Positions 56,668 through 64,000 of a DNA stretch of 64,000 nt are shown one piece after another. Each line of letters opens with the position of its first letter. Position 1 is the stretch's first letter. Origin of the DNA: Candidatus Lustribacter sp. (GTDB taxonomy: Bacteria > Vulcanimicrobiota > Vulcanimicrobiia > Vulcanimicrobiales > Vulcanimicrobiaceae); assembly GCA_965277805.1 (NCBI GenBank), contig OZ255842.1:1824001-1888000 (forward strand). Direction: 5' to 3'. A program made the position numbers and the translations under genes. The notes under the pieces are model-generated. The model saw nothing but the letters and a program-made list of their open reading frames with translations, was not told the DNA's origin and searched no databases.

Positions 56668-57780
56668 ATGACCGAGAGCGAGATGTCTGCCGTAAAGGAT
56701 GCGGCAACGGTTTCTGAGACGCCCGCTTCGCCGGAACCTGAACCTGCCGCGGCGGCCGCAAACCCCCATGGTTTCGTCATCCCGGACTTCGCCGAAGATG
56801 CGCGCACGGTGGCATCGTTCGAGTCGGCCCGCGAGCGCTTCGAGCGCGCGGAATCGCAGTCGGCCGAAGACGAGATTCGCCTCGATTTCAAGCGCCGCCG
56901 CGAGCTGCTGCAGGCCGAAATCGCCACCGCGCAAGCCGTGATCGACGAGCGCCAGACGAAGTGGGAAAAGGCGATTCAAGCCTACGGCCGGCGCTATCCG
57001 AAATTGTGCGAAAAGAACAAGGCGCGCAAGCCGGGTTTCATGCAGAACCTGCTCAGCTTCGGCAGCGCGGGAAAGATGTATCAAACGACGGTCGATACGT
57101 TTGCGGATCTCAACGATGCGCGCTCGCTTCGCCGCCGTAAAGAGCACGACGACGAAGAGCTCGATACGCTGCAACGCCGCGCACTCGCCAAGCTCGAAGA
57201 GACGCTCAAAGACCAAGCCAAGCACCAGAACAAAATGGAGAAGTTTCTCTCCCGTCCGGGCAATGCGGCGCTGGCCAAGAAAGTCCAAGAGATCCAAGCG
57301 GAGCGCGCGGCCTATGCTGCGCGGCTCGAAGCCGGCAAGGTTCCGCCGCTCGAACACCGCGACCGCCACTTCGCGCAGCTCGGCGCCGTGCCGCTCGAAC
57401 CGCCGTGCGCCGGCATCGCGATCGTCGGCGTCGAGACCTACGGCGATCTCTGCTACCTCATCTTCCGCGATCGCGAACGGCACCACTTCTACCGTCCGTT
57501 CGATGCGCGGCTCGAAGGCCTCTCGGATTCCGTGTTCGACGTCTACCGGATCGCCGATCGTTTCGAAGCGAAGCTGCATCGCCGCGAAGGCAAGCCGATG
57601 AACTTGGCCGATCATCTTACCGAATACTTGCGCGACGACGAGCGCGCGAAATCCGACGCCCGCCGGATCCGCGCGCTGTTACGCGAACCGCGCCAGGCAA
57701 AACCGGTCGAAGGCGCCGACAAAGCCTTCATGGACCTGCTCGCCGAACTCGCGAAAACCGCCGGCCGCTTTACAACGTAG
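56668..57780 (+). CDS. Hypothetical coiled-coil protein
   Basis: 370-aa ORF with gene-like codon usage; charged helical N-terminus and alpha/beta C-terminus. Confidence 0.7.
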   Translation: MTESEMSAVKDAATVSETPASPEPEPAAAAANPHGFVIPDFAEDARTVASFESARERFERAESQSAEDEIRLDFKRRRELLQAEIATAQAVIDERQTKWEKAIQAYGRRYPKLCEKNKARKPGFMQNLLSFGSAGKMYQTTVDTFADLNDARSLRRRKEHDDEELDTLQRRALAKLEETLKDQAKHQNKMEKFLSRPGNAALAKKVQEIQAERAAYAARLEAGKVPPLEHRDRHFAQLGAVPLEPPCAGIAIVGVETYGDLCYLIFRDRERHHFYRPFDARLEGLSDSVFDVYRIADRFEAKLHRREGKPMNLADHLTEYLRDDERAKSDARRIRALLREPRQAKPVEGADKAFMDLLAELAKTAGRFTT

Positions 57781-58768
57781 GCTTCCAGCGGCTGGCATTC
57801 AGCTCGGCGTTGATCGCGCGCACGAGGCTGAAGTCGTAGACTTTGGAAATCGGCGGGATCTGGTCTTTTGGGAAGTTCAAGAGGCCGGCGCGCACGATCA
57901 GGTCGCTTTGGATCAGCGCGTCGCTCACGGTGCCGTCGGGCGTAACCTCTTGCACGAACTCATCGTAGTCGAGCTCGCTGCCGCGCTGGCTGAACGTTTG
58001 CTGCTCGTAGGCTTTGGTGAAGCCGATCACCTGCGCTTTGAAAACCCGTGAGAAGCGCGCACCCTTCACGATCGCGCGCAGCATCTTCTTCGCCAGCACC
58101 GGGTTGCCGTAGAGCAGCTTCTCCGAGACGACGAACGAATTCCATGGCATGTGGACCTTGCCGTAGAAATCCGCAATCATGTGCGCGTTCTTGAGCGCGC
58201 CCTGCTCGCGCATTTCGATCGTCGTTCCGGGACTCACGATCACGGCCGCGAGCGCACCCGAATCGAACGCCGCGCCCACCGCATCGCCGAAGCCGACCGG
58301 CGCGTACGTCACCGAATCCGGCGAGAGGCCGGCCTGTTGAAGCGCCAAGCGCATCGCGATCTCGAACGTGTCCCCGCGCGTGTTGACGCCGACCGGCTTA
58401 CCTTTGAGATCCGCCAGCGAATGGATGTCGGGCTGCGCCAAAACCTGATAAGCGGGCGATGCGGTGAACACGTACACGATTCGCAGCGCGGCACCGCGCA
58501 AGATCGCGCTCAGCGCGGCCGACCCCGACGCGCTGCCGTCAACCGTGCCGGAGATGATCGCCGGCGTGGCAACGCCGCCGCCCGCAAACACGAACTCGAC
58601 ATCGAGACCTTCGGCCGCAAAATAGCCCTTCTGCAATGCCGCGAAGTACGCCGAATCGGCGACCGTCTGGGTCGGAATCGTGAGTTTGATCGACTGCGCG
58701 GCACTAGCCGTTCGTGCAACGGCGAAGAACGCGGGCAGCGCGAGAAACGACGCACGTGAGACGCTCAT
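57770..58768 (-). CDS. ABC substrate-binding protein, NMT1/THI5 family
   Basis: KGYFAAEGLDVE, LADLKGK.VG, VYDFS. Confidence 0.85.
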   Translation of the reverse strand: MSVSRASFLALPAFFAVARTASAAQSIKLTIPTQTVADSAYFAALQKGYFAAEGLDVEFVFAGGGVATPAIISGTVDGSASGSAALSAILRGAALRIVYVFTASPAYQVLAQPDIHSLADLKGKPVGVNTRGDTFEIAMRLALQQAGLSPDSVTYAPVGFGDAVGAAFDSGALAAVIVSPGTTIEMREQGALKNAHMIADFYGKVHMPWNSFVVSEKLLYGNPVLAKKMLRAIVKGARFSRVFKAQVIGFTKAYEQQTFSQRGSELDYDEFVQEVTPDGTVSDALIQSDLIVRAGLLNFPKDQIPPISKVYDFSLVRAINAELNASRWKPTL

Positions 58769-58810
58769 GGACGGGTCTTGTCCGGAGCGGCGAAAGATAC
58801 TCCTTTCGGA

Positions 58811-59161
58811 CTAGAGGCTGCGCAGGTGATCGGCGAATAACACGAGGGCGAACCCGGCCGCGCCGATGACGAATGCGTAGGCGGCCTCGGCGGGAAAGTC
58901 GATGCGGCCCTCGATGAATGCAAAGAGCAGGAACACGCTCAGCACTATCGCCGATGCGCCAAGTGCGGGTGCCTGTTTCCGCGGGATGCGCAATCGCAGA
59001 AGCACCAGCGGGAAGAACAGCGTCGTCACAAATCCGCCCGCGGTCAGCATCGTGAATTTCAATGACGCCGGCCAGGCCTGCGGGATGAAGAGCGACGCGG
59101 CGCTGCACGCGAGCAAGATCGCGGCGAACAGCCGATCGCGCTTGGTATCCGCCGTGTCCAT
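58811..59161 (-). CDS. Hypothetical membrane protein (about 4 TM)
   Basis: Four hydrophobic stretches. Confidence 0.5.
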   Translation of the reverse strand: MDTADTKRDRLFAAILLACSAASLFIPQAWPASLKFTMLTAGGFVTTLFFPLVLLRLRIPRKQAPALGASAIVLSVFLLFAFIEGRIDFPAEAAYAFVIGAAGFALVLFADHLRSL

Positions 59162-59236
59162 TCCGGTTGCTTTGGGTATTGCGATGAAGTCTCTTGCCGG
59201 AGCACAATACGAGAGGCGCACTGGACGCAACGTATC

Positions 59237-59752
59237 ATGATCGCTTTGCTGCTCGCAGCCGTGCTGGCTGCGTTGCCGTTACCCGCCCCTCCCCCGCCGG
59301 GAACACCGGTTGCTTCGACGCTCCGCGACGCGATGACGGCGATCGAGCGAGCCGCCGCGACCAACCCTGCCGCCGCGCAAAACGCTGCGCTGTCCTACAA
59401 TGCCGCCATCGAGCAGTACAACGCGCACCAATACGAACGCGCGCGCGCCAGCGCCTTGATGGCGATCAGCCAGTCGGCTGCACCGCCACCGCTCGCACCG
59501 CCGGCGCACGCTCCGATCGTTGCGCCGGCTTTCCCCGGCCCGCGCTATTACATCATCCCCGATGAATCGCCCGCGACCGCGGCCAACGCGCGAAAGTACG
59601 TGACGCTGGCGCATCGCGCGCTGGCGAATTGTGCGGCCCTCAAAGCCGCGACCGTGGAGTATAGCGGGGCGCTGACCGCGCTCGACGCGAAACAGTACCG
59701 CGCGGCCATGGCCGCTTCACGGAATGTCGTAGACGACTGCAGCGGCAATTGA
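59237..59752 (+). CDS. Hypothetical secreted helical protein
   Basis: Signal peptide; two similar helical units (QY.RA.A.A / QYRAAMAA). Confidence 0.6.
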   Translation: MIALLLAAVLAALPLPAPPPPGTPVASTLRDAMTAIERAAATNPAAAQNAALSYNAAIEQYNAHQYERARASALMAISQSAAPPPLAPPAHAPIVAPAFPGPRYYIIPDESPATAANARKYVTLAHRALANCAALKAATVEYSGALTALDAKQYRAAMAASRNVVDDCSGN

Positions 59753-59767
59753 AGAAAGCAGGGACGG

Positions 59768-60802
59768 ATGTTACGTAGCGATGTGCTCCTTGGTCTGGCG
59801 GCGCTCGGCGTCGATGCAGCGCTGCCGGCTCGGGCGCTGGCACAAGCCGCGAACCCGCCCGCAACGCGCATCGACCTGCACCATCATTACTGTTCGCCCG
59901 AGTGGCTGGCATCGCTGACGCAGCATCACAAGACTGATCCTTTTCCCGGTCTCGAGACGATCACCGGCTGGTCGGCCAAAGCGGCGATCGACGCGATGGA
60001 CAAGGCCGGCGTGGCCACCTCGGTCCTCTCCACGACGACGCCCGGCATTTGGTTCGGGAACGCGGCCGAGACGCGCCGCATGGCGCGCAACATGAACGAC
60101 TACGGAGCGAGCCTCGTCCGCGACCACAAGGGGCGCTACGGGCTGTTCGGCGTGTTGCCGCTGCCCGACGTCCAAGCGAGTCTTGCCGAGATTCCCTATG
60201 TGATGGATACGCTGAAGGCCGACGGCATCGGCGTACTCTCGAGCTATGGCAACAAGTGGCTGGGAGATCCGTCGTTCGAGCCGGTTTGGGCGGAACTCAA
60301 CCGCCGCAACGCCGTCGTCTTCAGCCATGCGACCGCACCCGACTGCTGTAAGGTGCTCGTGCCGCACATCGAAGCGACGACGATCGAGTTCAATACCGAT
60401 ACCGCGCGCTCGATCATCGACCTCATCGAAACAGGCGCAGCCGACCGTTATCCGAACATTCGCTTCATCTTCTCGCACGCCGGCGGCACCATCGCGGGGC
60501 TCGCGGGACGCTATATGCGCAAGGAGCTCTCGCCGCAAAACTTGGCCTCGCAAGTCGCGCCCGGATCGAAACTCGGGCATCTGCGCCGCTTTTACTACGA
60601 TACGGCCGGCTCGGCAAATATCGTCAACCTGCAATCACTCAAGATGATCGTCCCGACGACGCAGTTTGTGTTCGGCACCGATTTTCCATGGGCGCAGCCC
60701 TCTGAGATCGTCGCCGGCCTGAACCAATCCGGTCTCACGCCCGAAGAAATCCGGGCGATCGACCGCGACAACGCCGTCCGGCTGCTGCCGCAGTTCAGCT
60801 GA
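59768..60802 (+). CDS. Amidohydrolase_2 family protein (decarboxylase-like) with export-signal-like N-terminus
   Basis: IDLHHH, LSHAGG-like FSHAGG, YYDTA, FGTDFP. Confidence 0.88.
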   Translation: MLRSDVLLGLAALGVDAALPARALAQAANPPATRIDLHHHYCSPEWLASLTQHHKTDPFPGLETITGWSAKAAIDAMDKAGVATSVLSTTTPGIWFGNAAETRRMARNMNDYGASLVRDHKGRYGLFGVLPLPDVQASLAEIPYVMDTLKADGIGVLSSYGNKWLGDPSFEPVWAELNRRNAVVFSHATAPDCCKVLVPHIEATTIEFNTDTARSIIDLIETGAADRYPNIRFIFSHAGGTIAGLAGRYMRKELSPQNLASQVAPGSKLGHLRRFYYDTAGSANIVNLQSLKMIVPTTQFVFGTDFPWAQPSEIVAGLNQSGLTPEEIRAIDRDNAVRLLPQFS

Positions 60803-60819
60803 CGCGAGGTAAACTGCAT

Positions 60820-61677
60820 TTGACACGGCCGACGATTTACAACGAATTGCTTGGTGCCGAAACACGGTTCTATGATGCGGGCGGCGTTCGCACCCGCAGC
60901 ATCCAAGCCGGCGCCGGCGAGGCGGTCATCATGCTGCACGGCATCGGCGGTCACGCTGAAGCCTTCGCTCGAAACGTCGTACCGTTAGGTAAAGAGTTCG
61001 ATGCACGTTCGCTCGACTACTATGGACACGGCATGACCGATGCGGCTTCTCAACCGATGGGCAAGGACGCTTTCGTCAAACATCTCATCGATTACATGGA
61101 CGCGGCTCAGATCAAAAAGGCGCACCTCGTCGGAGAATCGCTGGGCGGCTGGATCGCTCTTTGGACCGCGATCGACCACCCGGACCGTGTCGGCAAAGTG
61201 ATTTATACGGTAGGGGCGCATCTGCAAGTCCCGATTGATGATGCGACCAAGGCAAAGACGCAAGCCGGCTTGAGCGAGTTGAAGCGACTGACGGAACAGT
61301 TTCAGAAAAACCCGACGCGCGAGAACGTGCATGCGCGCTTAAAGTGGCTCTTCCACAAGCCTGAACGCGACATCACGGACGAGCTGATCGACCTGCGCTG
61401 GAACCTCTATCAGCAATCCGTCGGTAAATCCGGCTCCCTAGCGGTGATTGGCGAAAGCGAATACGATCTCACGCCGGAGAACCTTGCAAAGGTCCCTCGT
61501 CCGACGCTCTTCTTGTGGACCGATAACAACCCGTCGCAGCAAGCCGCCACGGCCAAAGAGGCTATGAAATACGTCAAGGGCTCCACGTGGGCCATGATTG
61601 AAGACGCGGGTCACTGGCCCCAATGGGAACATCCCGAAACATTCAACAGGATCGTCAGCGACTATCTAAAGCCTTAG
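60820..61677 (+). CDS. Alpha/beta hydrolase, MhpC/BphD-like C-C hydrolase
   Basis: LHGIGGH, GESLGG, AGHWPQWEHP..FN; TTG start. Confidence 0.85.
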   Translation: MTRPTIYNELLGAETRFYDAGGVRTRSIQAGAGEAVIMLHGIGGHAEAFARNVVPLGKEFDARSLDYYGHGMTDAASQPMGKDAFVKHLIDYMDAAQIKKAHLVGESLGGWIALWTAIDHPDRVGKVIYTVGAHLQVPIDDATKAKTQAGLSELKRLTEQFQKNPTRENVHARLKWLFHKPERDITDELIDLRWNLYQQSVGKSGSLAVIGESEYDLTPENLAKVPRPTLFLWTDNNPSQQAATAKEAMKYVKGSTWAMIEDAGHWPQWEHPETFNRIVSDYLKP

Positions 61678-62624
61678 CGGGCGGCTGCGTCGCTGATCAG
61701 ATCCGTCGCCGGGAACGCCTTCTCGATGAATTTATATTTCGCCGACACATCGATGACGGGTTGAATGTCCGCTGCGCTGACCGTCGTGCCCATGCGTTGC
61801 CGCTTCATATGGGCGATCACCGCGGGATCCTGTTTCGTGTAGAGCGCTTCGTCGTTCACGGTCGCCTCCGGATGGGCGCGGGCAAACGTCCCGGCGTCGG
61901 CGACGACCCGCGAGAAGCGTTCGACGATCGAACGATTCTTTTCGACATAACTTTGCATCACGACCCAGACGCCGAGCGAAAATTGTTTCCCGACCGCATC
62001 GTAGACGTGAGCGGCGCTGCGGGCGCCGTCGTCGATCGCAGCGGCATACTGCGGGTTGCTGAGCAGCGATCCGTCGACGCGGCCTTGAAACAGCGCGGCC
62101 TCCGCCGCAGCCGCCGGCAGCTCGAAGAACTTCACCGTCTTTGAGTCACCGCCGTTTTGGTCGACCCACGCCTGCATCGCAACCGTGTCCAGCGAAGAGA
62201 GCGCGTTCGCGCTGATCGTCTTGCCGTTGAAATCGCTCGCCTTGCGCAATGTCGAAGACTTTGCGACCAGCAGCCCGGCGGTATCGGAATCGACCCACAG
62301 GCCACCCGGCGCAACGATCGTCAGCGGGATGCCGCGCAAGTGGGCTTGGATAATCGCAACGAGGCTCGAGAGCCCGAAGTCCAGCGCGCCACCGACGACG
62401 GCCTGCGTAATCGCATTCCCGCTTCCCATCATGCTCAACTCGATCTGCAGGCCCGCCTTCGCGAACATGCCGGTGCGCATCGCGTAGGCGACGGGGGCCA
62501 GCGAATCGATCGGCGTCGCGCCGACACGAATCGTCGTCAGCGCGCTTTGTGCGAATGCGCGCGCCGAGGGGCGCGCCAGCACGACGGCGCTGCTAAGCAG
62601 AGAGAGGCTCGTAGCACGATTCAT
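61674..62624 (-). CDS. ABC substrate-binding protein, NMT1/SsuA family
   Basis: GMFAKAGL, DFNGKTI, WVDQNGGD, GRVD; paralog of 55653-56609. Confidence 0.85.
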   Translation of the reverse strand: MNRATSLSLLSSAVVLARPSARAFAQSALTTIRVGATPIDSLAPVAYAMRTGMFAKAGLQIELSMMGSGNAITQAVVGGALDFGLSSLVAIIQAHLRGIPLTIVAPGGLWVDSDTAGLLVAKSSTLRKASDFNGKTISANALSSLDTVAMQAWVDQNGGDSKTVKFFELPAAAAEAALFQGRVDGSLLSNPQYAAAIDDGARSAAHVYDAVGKQFSLGVWVVMQSYVEKNRSIVERFSRVVADAGTFARAHPEATVNDEALYTKQDPAVIAHMKRQRMGTTVSAADIQPVIDVSAKYKFIEKAFPATDLISDAAAR

Positions 62625-62676
62625 GCGAGCGTCTACAGCGGGGCAAGCGTCGTGCCCTTTAGAACTAGCCCTGGGC

Positions 62677-64000
62677 ATGGGAACGCTGACCGACGTCGAT
62701 CCGATCACCCTCGAAGTTATCCGTCATAGCGTCATCTCGATCGCCGACCAGATCGATGCCAACATGACGCGCACCGCCTTCAGCGCGTACATCTACGAAT
62801 ATAAGGACTACGCCGTCGGGCTGTCGGGACCGGACGGCGAGCTCATCGCGCAATCGACGGGCGGCATGCCGGTGTTCGTCGCGGATTCCGTCGGCATGGC
62901 CGTCCGCGATGGCCTTGCTATTTACGGCAAAGAGCGTTTGCACCACGGCGACGTGATCGTCTGCAACCATGCGGCGGTGCAAGGTCAGCACCTGAACAAC
63001 ACGGTCATGTACACGCCGATTTTCGCCGGCCCGCAGCGCGACCAGCTGATCGGCTTCTTTGCAATCAACGCACACTGGTTCGACATCGGCGGCTCAACGG
63101 TCGGCTCGCTCTCGAAACGCTCGACCGACATCTTCATGGAAGGCCTGCAGCTGCGCACGGTCAAGCTGTGGTCGAACGGCGAGCGCGTCGAGGAAATTTA
63201 CCGCATCATCGACGGCAACACGCGCTTTCGCGCGGAGATGACCGGCGACATCGAAGCGCAACTCGCGGGCTGCCTGCTCGGCCGCGATCTCACGGCGAAG
63301 CTCGCCGATAAGTACGGCGTTGCGACCTACCTCGCCGGCGTCGCCAAGATCCTCGACCAATGCGAGGCCTCGACGCGCGCCCAGATCGCGCAGATCCCCG
63401 ACGGCATCTATGAGTCGGAAGCGTTCCTCGATGACGACGGCACGAACGACGTGCCGGTTCCGATCAAGGTGCGCATCATCGTCGACGGCGATGAGATGAC
63501 GGTCGACTACTCGGGCATGCCGCCGCAAGCCAAAGGTGCGATCAACTCGGGCGCCGCCGGCGGCGGCCGCACGACCGCGCGCGTGGCCTTCAAATACCTC
63601 ATCGCAACGGACGAGCCGGCAAACGAAGGCACGTTCCGGCCCTTGAAGCTCATCTTACCGGCCGGTACGCTCGTGAGCGCATCGGAAACCGCGCCGATGA
63701 GCAACTACTCGACGCCGTTTCCAACGATCATCGACACGTTCATCAAAGCGATGGAGACGGCGCTCCCCGAGCGCGTGACCGCGGCGCACTTTGGTTCGTT
63801 CTCCGGCATGCGCTTCATCGGCAAGCACCCGAACGGCGCGCCGTTTCAATGCTACGACAGCGGCTTCGGCGGCTGGGGGGCGAGCTTCGACCGCGACGGG
63901 ACCGGACCGTTCCGCACCATGGCGCACGGCGACACGCGCATCATTCCGGTCGAATTGCAAGAATCGATGTATCCGTACTTGCTCGAGGAGTTTTCGCTGC
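62677..64000 (+). CDS. Hydantoinase B/5-oxoprolinase family protein (runs off window end)
   Basis: Translated by hand: MGTLTDVDPITLEVIRH..RTAFS..IYE.KD..GD..CN..HLNN..HW.DIGG..EGL. Confidence 0.9.
   Translation, partial: MGTLTDVDPITLEVIRHSVISIADQIDANMTRTAFSAYIYEYKDYAVGLSGPDGELIAQSTGGMPVFVADSVGMAVRDGLAIYGKERLHHGDVIVCNHAAVQGQHLNNTVMYTPIFAGPQRDQLIGFFAINAHWFDIGGSTVGSLSKRSTDIFMEGLQLRTVKLWSNGERVEEIYRIIDGNTRFRAEMTGDIEAQLAGCLLGRDLTAKLADKYGVATYLAGVAKILDQCEASTRAQIAQIPDGIYESEAFLDDDGTNDVPVPIKVRIIVDGDEMTVDYSGMPPQAKGAINSGAAGGGRTTARVAFKYLIATDEPANEGTFRPLKLILPAGTLVSASETAPMSNYSTPFPTIIDTFIKAMETALPERVTAAHFGSFSGMRFIGKHPNGAPFQCYDSGFGGWGASFDRDGTGPFRTMAHGDTRIIPVELQESMYPYLLEEFSL

Noticed and set aside
56020-57615. 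531-aa minus-strand ORF
   Set aside because: Overlaps two better-supported genes; composition typical of a shadow ORF
62665-63960. Short minus-strand ORFs at the window end
   Set aside because: Shadows of the plus-strand hydantoinase B gene

Overview
High-GC bacterial chromosomal window with no rRNA, tRNA, CRISPR array or transposase seen. Gene content suggests a flagellated diderm (FlgH/FlgI rings and a LolA-like protein) with Terrabacteria-style flagellar regulation (CsrA-FliW, FlgM, FlaG); Ca. Eremiobacterota is my tentative guess. (1) 1-12.9 kb: nucleotide-sugar and glycan-tailoring island (SGNH hydrolase, two LbH acyltransferases, DegT aminotransferase, NeuD/PglD-type acetyltransferase, C-methyltransferase, RmlC-like epimerase, GT2, NAD epimerase, RfbF), then an ExeA-ATPase / Ig-like protein / GT operon. 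(2) 12.9-35.4 kb: minus-strand flagellar cluster flgB-flgC-fliE, flgF-G-A-H-I-J, flgM-N-K-L, fliW-csrA, flagellin, three glycosyltransferase genes, flaG-fliD-fliS-fliT-like, with at least six clear sigma28 promoters. (3) 35.4-52.6 kb: MsbA-like exporter, a photolyase-family protein with many substituted active-site residues, a mixed Moco/QueG operon, a stand-alone ATP-grasp ligase and phoU. (4) 52.7-64 kb: aromatic-catabolism-like region (Rieske oxygenase, decarboxylase-like proteins, C-C hydrolase-like protein, orphan NMT1/SsuA binding proteins, hydantoinase B). Best leads are the degenerate photolyase/cryptochrome-like gene divergent from a degenerate GNAT, the sigma28-driven flagellin glycosylation system with apparent pseudo-glycosyltransferases, and the ExeA operon with a duplicated stop/start junction. 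All calls come from motif recognition by eye; no searches were run.
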